A stretch of DNA of 64,000 bases from an uncultured Nitrososphaerota archaeon (lineage in GTDB: Archaea; Thermoproteota; Nitrososphaeria; Conexivisphaerales; DTJL01), in contig CAWJIE010000005.1 in assembly GCA_963842885.1 (NCBI GenBank), positions 256,001-320,000 of the forward strand, written 5' to 3'. Position numbers and translations under genes: made by a program. Below, in pieces: positions 1 through 10,520 of the stretch. Each line of letters opens with the position of its first letter. The stretch's first letter is position 1. The notes beneath the pieces are model-generated. The model was not told where the DNA came from, ran no database searches, and saw only the letters and a list, made by a program, of their open reading frames with translations.

Positions 1-436
1 AGGCTCATCGAGCCCGACGTGGGCGCGGTCTGGGGGGTCGACATCCCCGGCGCCGCTACGAACAGGCTGATGGTCAGGGCGCTTCTCTGGATGGAGTCCC
101 GCGTCTTCGACCTCAGGGGCGGCTGCCACGACCTCCTGGTGCGCCGCGAGGCGGTCAAGGACATCCACATCCCGAGCCAGCTTCACACGCTGGAGGACGC
201 GTACATCAGGGACTGGATCCTATCCCAGAACTACCGGGTCGTCAAGAGCTTCGCCTCTTACTGCCGGCATTACAAGACGATGGGAGCATGTTCTCCAGGC
301 AGAGCATACGCTCTTCCGTCCTGGAGTTCAGAGATGCAGATCGGTTCGGGAGCGCTGGGTGTACAACGCCGTCTTCGCGCTGATGTGGGCGTTTTACGGC
401 ATCCAGTCGCGCTCCGGCCGTGGTCTTCCGGAATGA
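1..436 (+). CDS. Glycosyltransferase family 2, 3' part (partial, frameshifted; end approximate)
   Basis: GT2-like segment 'RGGCHDLLVRREAVKDIHIPSQLHTLEDAYIRDWI...CRH'; the frame breaks after ~290. Confidence 0.55.
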
Positions 437-571
437 AATCAGCAAGGATGTTTCGGCTTCAACTAGGCCTGAATGTCAGGGTCCCCGCCACTCAGGTGTT
501 CGTCCAGGCTCGAAGGTTAACCCTAAATACCGTCCTCGCCGCATTCCGACGTCAACGCACCTGAGCCGGAA

Positions 572-1647
572 ATGAGAATGCTCTTCGGCGTGTGCTCTTG
601 GGGCTTGGGCACGCCACTCGTACCCTCCCCATAATTCGGAAGACCATCGAAGAGGGCAACGAAGTGACCGTCGTCTCGAGCGGGAGGGCCCTGAACATGC
701 TGAAGCAGGAGCTAGGTCCGGGCCCCATCTTCGCCCGCCTGGACGACTACCATCCCCCCGAGACGCTCAATCCGAGCCTGCTGGTCCTGAGAGCCCTCCT
801 CAAGTTCCCCGTCTACGTCACGGATATGTTCCGAGAGCATGATTTCGTGAGGAGGCTCCTCGATCGGTCAAGAGGATGGACGTGATCTTCTCCGACAACC
901 GCTTCGGCTTCTATTCCCGGAGCATTCCCAGCTACTTCATGGGCCACCAGCTCAGGATACTCAACCCCCTCGGCGTCAGGGTCCTCGAGGACGGGACCGA
1001 GATCTACAACAGGTACTTCCTCAGCAAGTACGCCGGCGTCCTCGTGCCCGACTTCGAGGAGGACGGCCTGGCGGGCAGGCTCGCCCACGGCCTCTCCATC
1101 ATCGACGAGAAGCGCCTGAACTACATCGGCGTCCTGTCCGAGTTCAGCTACCATCCCGCCGTCCAGGACGTGGACGTCTTCGTCTCCATCTCCGGCCCCG
1201 AGCCTCAGAGGAGCGCCTTCGAAGGCCTGGTCCGGAAGCAGCTGGACGGCTTCGAAGGCAGGGTGGTGATGTCGCTGGGCAAGCCGGAGGACAACGGTCA
1301 CCATGGGACCCAACCTCAAAGGCTACCTGGGGAGGGAGGAGAGGGAGGAGCTCCTCAACCGGTCGAAGATCGTCGTCGCCAGGTCCGGCTATTCCACCCT
1401 GATGGACCTCTGCTCTCTCAGGAAGAGGGGCTTCCTGATCCCCACGCCGGGACAGCTGGAGCAGGAGTACCTCGCGAAGTACCACATGGAGAGGAGGAGC
1501 TTCTACAGCGTCCAGGAGAAGGAGCTGGACCTCAAGCGGCAGCTGGAGGAGGCCCTCTCCTTCCGCGCACCCGAGCTGAAGTATCCGACCGAAAGGGCGG
1601 TGGAGAGGGCCGTCGACGTGATCACCGAGACGGCCCGAAGCGCCTGA
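572..1647 (+). CDS. GT28/MJ1255-like GT-B glycosyltransferase (3 frameshifts)
   Basis: ATG 572 gives MRMLFGVCSWG, then LGHATR; joined pieces contain 'DVIFSDNRFG', 'VSISGPEPQR', 'ARSGYSTLMD', 'IPTPGQLEQEYLA'. Confidence 0.8.
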
Positions 1648-1652
1648 ACTCC

Positions 1653-2620
1653 CTAAATGAGGTTGTCCATATAGGGCCTAAGGGCTGAGATGCCGCTTCT
1701 CAGCGAGAGGAAGGAGTCGGTCGCGAAGTACTGATACCAGTGGCAGTCGATGTCGCAGCTCTTCATCTTCTCCCTGCACTCCCTGGCCCTCTCCGTGGCC
1801 AGGAATCCCATGAGGGGCTCCTCCGACGCGTCGATGCTCTTCTCCATCAGCGTCCTGCAGGGATAGTAGAGCCGTCCGTCGGCGTCGATGATGACCGAAG
1901 CCGCGTTGCAGCTGTGCGGGACCTCGAGGGTCCTCAGGTACTTGTCGGTGGTGATGATGGTCCCCGGATACTCTGTTCTTGAGCCGCAGGACCTCGTCCC
2001 TGAAGGCCCTGGTGTCCGGGAGGAAGTCCTCGGTCCCCGGGAGGTGGCAGGCCGGCATCACGACGGCCTTGGCGCCGGCGTCGTGGCATCTCCTGATCTT
2101 GGACTCCAGTCCCTGGAGGTCCTCCTTCATCACGACGATCTGCACGCAGACGACGGGCCCCCAGGACACGAACTCTGGGAGGGATTCGTAGAGGTCGAGG
2201 TTCCTGTGACCTTCGTCTATGCTGACGTGGAGGAAGTCGATGTACTTGGCGTACTCCTTCATGGGCCTCCTGTCGAAGAGCTTCCCGCTCGAAGTGAAGA
2301 GGAGGTAGAGGGGCTTGCGTCCGGGCGTATTCGAGCACCTCGCCGATGTCGGGCCTCAGAAGAGGCTCCCCTCCCTCCAGGCTGAGGAGGACGACGCTGG
2401 AGTTCGCGACGTTGTCGATGACCTTGAGCACCTTCTCGGTGGGCATGTCAGGCGTCTGGGACCTCCAGACGTTGCAGAACTCGCAGCGAGAGTCGCATCG
2501 CTGGAGGACCTTGAAGGAGCAGTAGAACGGGAAGCGGAAGTCCTTTGCCGCGTAGTCGGCGTAGGCGTACCTGAGCGTGGCAAGGTACTTGCTGGCCGGC
2601 AGGCGCCTGATCCGCGGCAT
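1653..2620 (-). CDS. Radical SAM protein with C-terminal Cys-rich (SPASM/twitch-like) region (frameshifted)
   Basis: CDSRCEFC motif, 'EGGEPLLRPD', 'HVSID', C-terminal 'CREKMKSCDIDCHW'; ORF pieces 1934..2620, 1678..2262, 1653..1847. Confidence 0.85.
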
Positions 2621-2643
2621 GGCGACCCGGATGCCCTTGTCCT

Positions 2644-3654
2644 CTAAAAAGAGTTGCGCAGCAAAAGAGAGTCGTAGATGGAGACGAGCCTCTTGGCCAC
2701 CTTCCTTATGTCGTGGGAATCCAGCGCCGCCCTCCCCTCTCGGGCCAGGGACTCCGACAGATCGTCATCCCTCCGTAGGCGTCCCAGGGCAATCGCGAAG
2801 TCGGCCGCAGAGTCACCCAGGAGGGCGCTCCTCTCATTCCGGAGCAGTCCCTCGTAGACCGGCAGGTTTCGCGCGACGACCGGCCTCCCCACGGCCATGG
2901 CCTCCATCAGGGCCACCCCCTGGTTCTCGGCGAACGACGGGGTGAAGAAGATATCACATCCACAGTGGGCGTCCAGGATGTCCTGGACGTCGTGGATGAA
3001 TCGGACGTTGCCCGGGCATCGACCGATGGCCCCGCCCACCTTGAACGGGTGATAGAGGCTGGAGCGCCTGCCCACCCAGACGAAGTCCATTTCTGGGACC
3101 GCCCTCGCCACCTCGGGGAGGACTTCGATGCCCTTCTTCAGGCAGACGACGCCGATTACGTAGGCGACCTTGTGTTCGATCGGGATGCCGTACCTCTCCC
3201 TGAACTGCCTTCTCCGTTCCCCCTCGAACTTGAACCTCTCCGGGTCGATGCCGTTGCTCAGGACCTCAACGGGCGCCTTGAGGCCACGCGCCCGCAGCCG
3301 ACCGCGGGTCCATTCGCTGGGCGCCAGCACGAGGTCCGCCTTGCCGTAGAACCATGTCAGGTACCTCCCCACCCAGCCCGAAAGGAGGGTGCTCCCCGTC
3401 CAGGTGCCTTGGGCGTCCTCTGCCGTCGTGTGGGCGTGGATGACCACGGGTACCCCCTTCTTCTTGGCCTTCCTCACCTCAAGGGCGTTCCACGGTGGGA
3501 TGGGAGTGTGGACGTGGAGGATGTCGTACTCTCTATCGGCCCTGTCGTCGCTCACCGTGACCCCCTCGTTCAGGAGTGCCTCCTTCAGCCTCCGCGCCGA
3601 TACGATGTTCCCCATCATCAGCCCGACGGGGGTCACCAGGAACTTGACTTTCAA
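2644..3654 (-). CDS. Glycosyltransferase family 4
   Basis: 'DILHVH', 'SNGID', 'PSFAENQGVALMEAMAVGRPVV'; likely TTG start at 3654. Confidence 0.9.
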   Translation of the reverse strand: MKVKFLVTPVGLMMGNIVSARRLKEALLNEGVTVSDDRADREYDILHVHTPIPPWNALEVRKAKKKGVPVVIHAHTTAEDAQGTWTGSTLLSGWVGRYLTWFYGKADLVLAPSEWTRGRLRARGLKAPVEVLSNGIDPERFKFEGERRRQFRERYGIPIEHKVAYVIGVVCLKKGIEVLPEVARAVPEMDFVWVGRRSSLYHPFKVGGAIGRCPGNVRFIHDVQDILDAHCGCDIFFTPSFAENQGVALMEAMAVGRPVVARNLPVYEGLLRNERSALLGDSAADFAIALGRLRRDDDLSESLAREGRAALDSHDIRKVAKRLVSIYDSLLLRNSF

Positions 3655-4126
3655 TGAACGAACACGCTGTCTAGGAGGGTCCCTTAGAGCACGTTCGCCT
3701 GAGCTCACCAGAGATATAATCATTCCATGGGCTCGGGAGGTCAACTTTTCCGGCCAGCGGGACGGTGTTCAAGTTTGGCAGGACATCCCTTTCGAGGACC
3801 TAGTGGATGGACGTGTCGACGCGCAGATTGCCATCCGCCGGGGGCAATCTGTGTGTAGTCCCTTCGGCGGGGGCATGCCCCTTCCTCAGGCTTGGTCCAC
3901 CATAATATCCAGTGGCTTGTTGCTTGATAGAGCAAAGTGGTATGTACTGGGAACGAATGTGTGGAAAAGGAGGAATCCGCCGTTTTGTGACGGAAGTGGA
4001 TTCCTACCGCTCTTATCTGACTCCTTTCAATGCGGACGAGCATTGCCAGCGAGCTGACTCCGGCGGTGGGCCCGACGCAGAAAATCTTAATTCCGTGACC
4101 CCGGCATAGGGCGTTCACCGATATAC

Positions 4127-4501
4127 ATGGAGGAACTTTCCGAAGCGGAGGAGCTCCGTCGCCAGGTGGCTCTTCTCAGACGCAAACTGATCAAACAGAG
4201 GGTCTTCCACAAAGCATTGACCCCTATCGAGAGAGGGATAGTCTATCTCACCTCTAGACCTGGCATCAAGATGACGAGCGAACTCCTGCAGGGCATATTG
4301 AAGGCCATAATATCCAGGGCCTCGATATGGCTTGAGCCCGGATTCGTTTCCAGGGCCCTCATTGCCGGCGGCAGGAGGGTCATGGCGAACGTGAGGGCGG
4401 CGCTGCTGATGGGGAACAGGGCAGCGCTGGAATGGGCCGACGACCGGCAATACCTGATCCTTATGGGCCTACATTCAATGGACGCGGGGCCTCCCGGCTA
4501 G
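4127..4501 (+). CDS. Hypothetical protein (first gene of the glycan operon)
   Basis: Clean 124-aa ORF, co-oriented with the downstream coupled genes. Confidence 0.6.
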   Translation: MEELSEAEELRRQVALLRRKLIKQRVFHKALTPIERGIVYLTSRPGIKMTSELLQGILKAIISRASIWLEPGFVSRALIAGGRRVMANVRAALLMGNRAALEWADDRQYLILMGLHSMDAGPPG

Positions 4502-4555
4502 GATGAAGCGCGGCGCATCCCGCTCACTAGCGCTTCCTGTCAGGACCTTGCCTAG

Positions 4556-5041
4556 TTGATTCCATCTTCGCGCCGAGGGCTCGTGTCGCTTCTTCTGGTG
4601 CTGGCCCTTCTTTCGGCGACGGCTCCTTTCCAGCTGGCGCTTTCTGCCAGCACCGAGTCGGCTCAGCTGTACTCCGAGATAGGTACGACCTACGCACGCG
4701 TCCAGACCATCGAAGGGGAGGGGGGAAACGTGACGGGCGTCGTCGGCCAGCTAAACCAGGCGTTGGCCTTGGTCGCCGCAGGTGAAGCAAACGAGACAGG
4801 GGCGCCCGACCAGGCCCAGGCCTTGTACCAGCAGGCTGAATCCATCATCCAGTCGGTCAACCAAGAACTTCCGGGCGTGGAGAGCCGGGGGAAGGCCTCC
4901 GCGCAATCCGAGGTCTTCTGGCTGGCATTCACATTGGGGGCGTTGGCGGCGATAGGCATCGGAATCTACTTCTTCGGCGGGCGGATCTTCTGGTCCCTCT
5001 GGGTCAGATCTCACAGAGACTGGACGGTGAAGAAGCGATGA
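4556..5041 (+). CDS. Membrane protein: signal peptide, helical ectodomain, C-terminal TM
   Basis: Hydrophobic N-terminus; C-terminal TM followed by a basic tail; ATGA overlap with the next gene. Confidence 0.75.
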   Translation: MIPSSRRGLVSLLLVLALLSATAPFQLALSASTESAQLYSEIGTTYARVQTIEGEGGNVTGVVGQLNQALALVAAGEANETGAPDQAQALYQQAESIIQSVNQELPGVESRGKASAQSEVFWLAFTLGALAAIGIGIYFFGGRIFWSLWVRSHRDWTVKKR

Positions 5042-5520
5042 TCGACGACAAGGTCAAGGCGGTCCTGCTCGCCGTCGTCATCGTCATGGGGATTATGACC
5101 GCGGGCCAGTACTGGCTGGAGCACCGCGTCGTCGGACCGTTCTCTGAGCTGGGTGTCCTCGGCTCAGACCAGATGATCGGCGACTACCCCTCCACGGTCA
5201 CGGCGGGGCAGAACGTCACGCTTTACGGTTACATAGGGAACCACCAGGGAGGCGTGACGTACTACGATCTTCGCGTGAAGCTGGGGAACTCGACGACCGT
5301 AGTCAATGAAACCACCTGGGTCGACGTGCCGTCGGTGGCCGATTTCAGGGCTGTCCTGAGGGATGGCCAGAACTCCACCTTCCCGCTTGTGCTCAGCTTC
5401 TCTCAACCCGCCAATGGCACGAAGATCATCTTCGAGCTGTGGGAGTTCGACGCTTCTTCGGGCTCGTTCCTGTACGCCGGGCTCTGGGGACAGATACTCC
5501 TGAACGTGACGGCGACCTAG
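5038..5520 (+). CDS. DUF1616 domain protein (extracellular part)
   Basis: 'FSELGVLG..QMIGDYP..V..GQNVTLY..IGNHQG..YY...K', 'KIIFELW'. Confidence 0.75.
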   Translation: MIDDKVKAVLLAVVIVMGIMTAGQYWLEHRVVGPFSELGVLGSDQMIGDYPSTVTAGQNVTLYGYIGNHQGGVTYYDLRVKLGNSTTVVNETTWVDVPSVADFRAVLRDGQNSTFPLVLSFSQPANGTKIIFELWEFDASSGSFLYAGLWGQILLNVTAT

Positions 5521-5521
5521 C

Positions 5522-6097
5522 ATGGCCGAAGACTCGGAGGCCGTAATGCGGCTGGTATCCAGCCGGGATTGGAAGCTGGAGGATCTCATGGCCGAGGGCG
5601 AAAGGGGGGGCATCAAAAGAGAGAAGCTAGCACGTAGGATTTTCGCTTTGTGGGAGGATGGGAAGGTCCAGGTGTCGGAGCGGGAACCGCCAAGTGGGTT
5701 CAGGGAGTACCTTTTCGGGGTCCGAGGGCTGTGGTTTTTTGGCATTCTGGTATTCCTGCTGGGGGCATCTTTGCTAATCTACGCATTGCCCTCCATTGAA
5801 GTATTTTCCTACTCAAGATATTTAGTAGGGTCCGTTTTCGTTTTGTATGTGCCGGGATACGTGGTGGTCGAGGCTCTTTACTCGAACAAGAATGACCTCG
5901 ACGAGCTTGAAAGACTCGTCATATCGGTAGGCCTCAGCCTTACCTTGGTTCCCCTCTTGGCGCTGGTCCTGGCCTATACGGCGTGGGGCGTCAGCCTTGG
6001 TTCTGTCTTCTCTCTGATCTCCATATTTGTGGTCGCCTTCGGGCTGGTAGCCGCTTATCGAAGGTACGAGCAGCTCAGAGGAGTCTCTTCGCCATGA
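5522..6097 (+). CDS. DUF1616 domain protein (membrane part)
   Basis: 'GSVFVLYVPGYVVVEALY..KNDLDELERLVISVGLSL'. Confidence 0.8.
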   Translation: MAEDSEAVMRLVSSRDWKLEDLMAEGERGGIKREKLARRIFALWEDGKVQVSEREPPSGFREYLFGVRGLWFFGILVFLLGASLLIYALPSIEVFSYSRYLVGSVFVLYVPGYVVVEALYSNKNDLDELERLVISVGLSLTLVPLLALVLAYTAWGVSLGSVFSLISIFVVAFGLVAAYRRYEQLRGVSSP

Positions 6098-7086
6098 CTG
6101 AGACTATGAAGGACGTCAACTTCCAGCGGGCGAGCAAGCTTACGCGCGTCCAAGAGAGGCTCGCCTCAAGGAAGCTGGTGGTGCGGCCCAGCCAAGTGAC
6201 GGTGGTCATCCCGACCCTCAATGAGCAGGATGGGATCGGCGACGTGATCGATGAAGTCATGGCCGCAGGATACAACACCGTGCTCGTGGTCGACGGGGGT
6301 TCCGTCGACAAGACGATAGAGATTGCGGACGACCACGGGGCTAACGTAGTCCTGCAGGAGGGCAAGGGGAAGACCAAGGCCATAGAATCTGCCACGAACT
6401 TCGTCACCACCGACTACTTTGTAATCTTGGACGGGGATTGGACCTACCCCGCCATGTACATCCAACCAATGGTGGACCTTCTCGACGCCAACGATGAGGT
6501 GATTGGATGGCGGCACTATGGCAGAAAGAACATACCCATCGTCAACAGGCTGGGGAACTACCTGCTGACTAGGGAGTTCACTACGCTGTTCAACGTGAAG
6601 CTGCACGACGTCTGTTCCGGGATGTACGCCGTTAGGACCTCCTTTGCCGGCGACCTCTTCTACGAGTCAGGGGGATTCAGCACTGAAGTGGAGCTGGCGG
6701 CGCAGGTGGCCTCTTCTGCAGGTCACATTGCTGAGATTTCCATAGAGTACAGGGAGAGGAAGGGGAACAAGAAGATGAACCCCTATCGCGACGGCCCCAG
6801 GATCGCCAGGGATATCGTTCGGCTCTCTTGGGACTACAGCCCGATACTTTCGCTGGCGGCGGTCGCTTCATTCATGCTCGTGCCGGGAGTACTGCTGGGT
6901 GCATGGGCGACCATGTCATATGCGCTGCAAGGAGTCAAGCACTTCGCGTGGGCGATGATTGCAGCCGCCCTCCTCGCGGGAGGGATATCCGCCTTCTCCA
7001 CCGCCCTTCTATCCCTGCAGATGAAGAGGTCGGAGATAAGGCAGCGTAGGATGAACCGCCTCTTCCTGGAGAGGAGCGGCAAATAG
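6094..7086 (+). CDS. GT2, dolichol-phosphate glycosyltransferase-like, two C-terminal TMs
   Basis: 'VVIPTLNE', 'VVDGGSVDKT', 'LDGDWTYP', 'DVCSGM', 'YRERKG.KK'. Confidence 0.9.
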   Translation: MTETMKDVNFQRASKLTRVQERLASRKLVVRPSQVTVVIPTLNEQDGIGDVIDEVMAAGYNTVLVVDGGSVDKTIEIADDHGANVVLQEGKGKTKAIESATNFVTTDYFVILDGDWTYPAMYIQPMVDLLDANDEVIGWRHYGRKNIPIVNRLGNYLLTREFTTLFNVKLHDVCSGMYAVRTSFAGDLFYESGGFSTEVELAAQVASSAGHIAEISIEYRERKGNKKMNPYRDGPRIARDIVRLSWDYSPILSLAAVASFMLVPGVLLGAWATMSYALQGVKHFAWAMIAAALLAGGISAFSTALLSLQMKRSEIRQRRMNRLFLERSGK

Positions 7087-7161
7087 CGTCTAGAGAACTC
7101 ACGGGCGCAAGTTCAACCTTCGTATCAATACGCTGAAGATTAACAGCGGTGGATTCCTAGT

Positions 7162-7575
7162 TTGCGTAGGGGAACGTCCAGAGAACAGAAGTTGCTGGCC
7201 CTAATGCTGGTCTACGTCGGGCTAGCCGCGTTCTTGGTCTCTCTTGGCTCGAAACCCTTTACGTATGGTCTATCGACAGTGATGGGGACCTCGCTCCTGG
7301 CAATGACTTCGTTGCGAGACTCCATCATGGTCTCCTCGCTTTTCAGCGGCCTGAACGTCACTGCGATGTTTTCAGATGCGTTGATAGACGCACAGGTCCT
7401 GGTCACCCTGTTATGCGTGTCTTTGCTGGCCTACGCGGAGGTGGCGAATCCCACTTACGGAGGGAGCGCCGCGGTCCTGCGGGAGTTAAGACGGAACTGG
7501 ACGCCGATACTGGCCTTCGTCCTGCTCCTCTTTGCCGTGACGGTGGCTTCAAAGATCCTGCTCCTGGTCTTCTAG
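7162..7575 (+). CDS. Small multi-pass membrane protein
   Basis: 137 aa, mostly hydrophobic. Confidence 0.6.
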   Translation: MRRGTSREQKLLALMLVYVGLAAFLVSLGSKPFTYGLSTVMGTSLLAMTSLRDSIMVSSLFSGLNVTAMFSDALIDAQVLVTLLCVSLLAYAEVANPTYGGSAAVLRELRRNWTPILAFVLLLFAVTVASKILLLVF

Positions 7576-7629
7576 TGGCCTCGTCCTGAGCACCAAGTCA
7601 TTTCGTATGGTTCTTTCATAGGGAGTTGT

Positions 7630-8589
7630 GTGTTGGGCCTGCATCAATCCCATTCGTTCTTCTCTGAGCTTTCTCTGGTCTCCAGCGCAGTCGTGCTTTC
7701 TTCGCTGGCTGCCTATTCCGTGCTCGGGCGCTTCATGGGGCAATCCTATCCCCCATTGTTGGCAACTGAAGATCTATTCCTGTTCTTAGCCTTGACCATC
7801 TCGCTCCTGGGAGGGTCGCAGGGTCCCTTGGCCTATGTCGTTATGGTACCCGTTGCCCTCCTTGCATTCGCAGAGGAGCTCTTGTTCAACGGGACCCTGG
7901 TCTGGGCGGGCTTCATCTTGGCCTTCCTGGGGCTGATCTGCCTGCCTGTCTTCGCGCTATTCTTCAGGAATAGAGACGGCAATGTCTCGGCTGCGCTGGA
8001 GGTCTCCGCCCTGCTCTTTGTGACCAGGCTCGTCCTCTCTCCTTTCCCTGTTTCAATGATTCAGTCGTCCGTCGTAGTGCCAATTGTCTACACGTTGATA
8101 CTTGCTGCCCTTGTGATCTACATCTGGGTTCGGAGGTTGCCCCTGGCGGAGGTTGGCCTCACCAGGGGTTCCGGTAGGCTGCCTGTGCAGATACTAGTCG
8201 GGCTGTCAATCGGCGCGGTCCTCGGTTACGTCGAGCTCGATATCCTTCATCCTCCTCCGATCGCCATCGGGCCATCATCCCTTGTCAATGCGCTCTACGT
8301 CGTCGTGACGATGGTGGCCTTCGTTGGGTTGACCGAAGAGCTGCTCTACCGTGGGCTGGTCCTGAGCAGGCTGGCCAAGATAATGCCGAGGTGGCAGGCC
8401 GTCCACATCACGGCCGTCCTCTTTGCCCTCTTCAACATCGGCTGGTTCAGCCCCCTGGAGGTCATCTTCGCTTACGGGGCCGGAGTGGTCTTCGGCTACC
8501 TGATGCTCAGGTACAACAGCATCGCGGCTCCCATCACCGCCCACGGCTTCTGCAACGTCGTCCTCTACCTCCTGACGCTTTCCCTGTGA
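7630..8589 (+). CDS. CPBP (Abi/CAAX) intramembrane glutamic endopeptidase-like protein
   Basis: 'EELLYRG', 'FALFN' (usually F..H), 'AH...N' motifs. Confidence 0.85.
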   Translation: MLGLHQSHSFFSELSLVSSAVVLSSLAAYSVLGRFMGQSYPPLLATEDLFLFLALTISLLGGSQGPLAYVVMVPVALLAFAEELLFNGTLVWAGFILAFLGLICLPVFALFFRNRDGNVSAALEVSALLFVTRLVLSPFPVSMIQSSVVVPIVYTLILAALVIYIWVRRLPLAEVGLTRGSGRLPVQILVGLSIGAVLGYVELDILHPPPIAIGPSSLVNALYVVVTMVAFVGLTEELLYRGLVLSRLAKIMPRWQAVHITAVLFALFNIGWFSPLEVIFAYGAGVVFGYLMLRYNSIAAPITAHGFCNVVLYLLTLSL

Positions 8590-8598
8590 CCGGTCCTC

Positions 8599-9585
8599 TT
8601 GGGAAACGACATTAGCGTCGGCATCATCGGCCTCGGCAAGATGGGCCTTCTCCACGCCAGCATCCTGAGCGTAATGGATGGTGTGAAGGTCACTGCCCTT
8701 TGCGAGAAGAGCACCCTCATCTCCAGGTTTGCCAGGAAGATCCTCCCTGAAACGTCTGTCGTCGAAGACGTGGCCCAGCTGGCAGGGAAGGGCCTCGACG
8801 TCGTATTCGTCACCACCCCCATTCCCACTCACTTCCCGATAATCCAAGAAGTCTACTCGCGGCAGATCGTCAAGCACGTATTTGTGGAGAAGACACTCGC
8901 CTCGAACCGCAGGGAATCCGGCGAACTGTGCTCGCTCGCCGAGCACGCATCTGGAATTACCATGGTGGGATACCAGAGGAGGTTCGCCGTGACGTTCGCT
9001 AAGGCAGGGGAGTTGCTCAAGAGGGGCGCTCTTGGAGACGTCATCTCATTCGAAGCCCACGCCTATTCATCGGACTTCGCAGAAGGCGCCGGAGGGGGCA
9101 GGGGGAACGCTCGGGGAGGGGTTCTGCGGGACCTTGGCTCCCACGCCATCGACCTGGCCCTCTGGCTCTTCGGGGATTTGAAGGCAGGGCCGTCTCTCGA
9201 CCCCCTCCCTCTGTCTCCGAATGCGGCCGCACCGGTGGTCTTCGGGGCGAAGACAAGGGGAGGTCTGGAGGGTGAGTTCAAGGTTTCATGGTCAGTCCCG
9301 GGCTACAGGATGCCGGAGATCGGCATTTCCGTCGAAGGCGACCATGGTCGCCTGATGGCCAACGATGACGTGGTGGAGCTGACGCCGAAGGCAAGCCCTC
9401 CTACAAGATGGCACAGACAGGACCTCAACGACGGCGTTCCTTTCCTTCTGGGCGGACCCGAGTACTACCGCCAAGACGAGGAGATGGTCCGCTGCCTTCG
9501 AGAGGGTCGCTCGCCGGAGGACTCCTTCAGCTCGGCCTCGAAGACAGATCGCATTATTGGCGATGCGGAGGGGTTCTTGACATGA
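8599..9585 (+). CDS. Gfo/Idh/MocA family oxidoreductase
   Basis: 'GIIGLGKMGLLH', 'HVFVEKT', 'VGYQRRF', 'GGVLRDLGSHAID'. Confidence 0.92.
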   Translation: MGNDISVGIIGLGKMGLLHASILSVMDGVKVTALCEKSTLISRFARKILPETSVVEDVAQLAGKGLDVVFVTTPIPTHFPIIQEVYSRQIVKHVFVEKTLASNRRESGELCSLAEHASGITMVGYQRRFAVTFAKAGELLKRGALGDVISFEAHAYSSDFAEGAGGGRGNARGGVLRDLGSHAIDLALWLFGDLKAGPSLDPLPLSPNAAAPVVFGAKTRGGLEGEFKVSWSVPGYRMPEIGISVEGDHGRLMANDDVVELTPKASPPTRWHRQDLNDGVPFLLGGPEYYRQDEEMVRCLREGRSPEDSFSSASKTDRIIGDAEGFLT

Positions 9586-10520
9586 CCCCTGAGGGAAGGT
9601 TCGTACTTGTGGGAGACAACGCCTTCCACGGCATCAGCCATCTATCTCAGGAGAGGGCGCGAGCTAGGGGAGAAGGCATCCTCGACCCAAGGAAGGCCGC
9701 ACAGCTGGTGCAGATCTCGCTGGAGAACGGAGCCGAAGGTTTCATGTTCTCCGTCAGCCCCACCACTCTCGCGATTCTCAGGGAGATCAGGGGCCATGAC
9801 TCGACTTCGGCATTCTCGCTCTATCCCATTGTGCCATATGCCTACGAATACGTCTCAAGGTCGACTCGGTCGGGGGGGATTGCTGGGATGGCAAGGAGCT
9901 TCCTATCGGAGACGTTCTATTCGGGGAACCTCTGCGCCATCTCGAAGAGCATCAGCGGGGTGCTTGCCACGAACCCTGCGAACCTATTGGAGGCTTATGT
10001 CCGGTACGAAATCTCCAGGGTGCGGACGGCGGCCGGCAAGAAGGCGGTCATCAAATCGATTCTCCTTCATGAGGTAGTCATCGACATGGCTTTGGCTCTG
10101 GACCTTCGATGGCTCTTCGAATCCCACCTCAGGTTCTCCGAGAAGCTGGGGATGAGGGCCGGCTTCGAGACTCGCAACTTCGCATATCTGGTGAGGAAGC
10201 TCAGGCAGTGGAGCATCCCCTTGGACAAGGTCACGATAGCGGCGCCCTTCAATGTGGCGGGCTTCCTGATGACGCCATCGAAGGAGGTCTGCGAGCAGTC
10301 ACTCCGGGAGGCCAAAGGGGCCACTGTAATCGCCATGAGCATCCTGGCAGCGGGCTATCTCAAGCTCCCTGAAGCCATGTCGTATGTCTCCGGACTGCCG
10401 AACCTAGGAGGGGCTGTGGCTGGAGTCTCGAACGAGGCTCAGGCCCTTGAGACCTTCAGGTCGCTGAACGAAAAGTTCGCTCTTTCAACAGCAACGGGCG
10501 GCGTGCCCTTACAACATTGA
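9582..10520 (+). CDS. Hypothetical protein, possibly aldo/keto-reductase-like TIM barrel
   Basis: 'LVGDNAFHGISHLSQERA', 'PFNVAGFLMTP', 'IAMSILAAGY'; ATGA-coupled to the oxidoreductase. Confidence 0.65.
   Translation: MTPEGRFVLVGDNAFHGISHLSQERARARGEGILDPRKAAQLVQISLENGAEGFMFSVSPTTLAILREIRGHDSTSAFSLYPIVPYAYEYVSRSTRSGGIAGMARSFLSETFYSGNLCAISKSISGVLATNPANLLEAYVRYEISRVRTAAGKKAVIKSILLHEVVIDMALALDLRWLFESHLRFSEKLGMRAGFETRNFAYLVRKLRQWSIPLDKVTIAAPFNVAGFLMTPSKEVCEQSLREAKGATVIAMSILAAGYLKLPEAMSYVSGLPNLGGAVAGVSNEAQALETFRSLNEKFALSTATGGVPLQH

Noticed and set aside
4060-4085. Further att-like fragment (ggtgggcccg) near the island's left edge
   Set aside because: Match is too short for GC-rich DNA and lacks the T-loop
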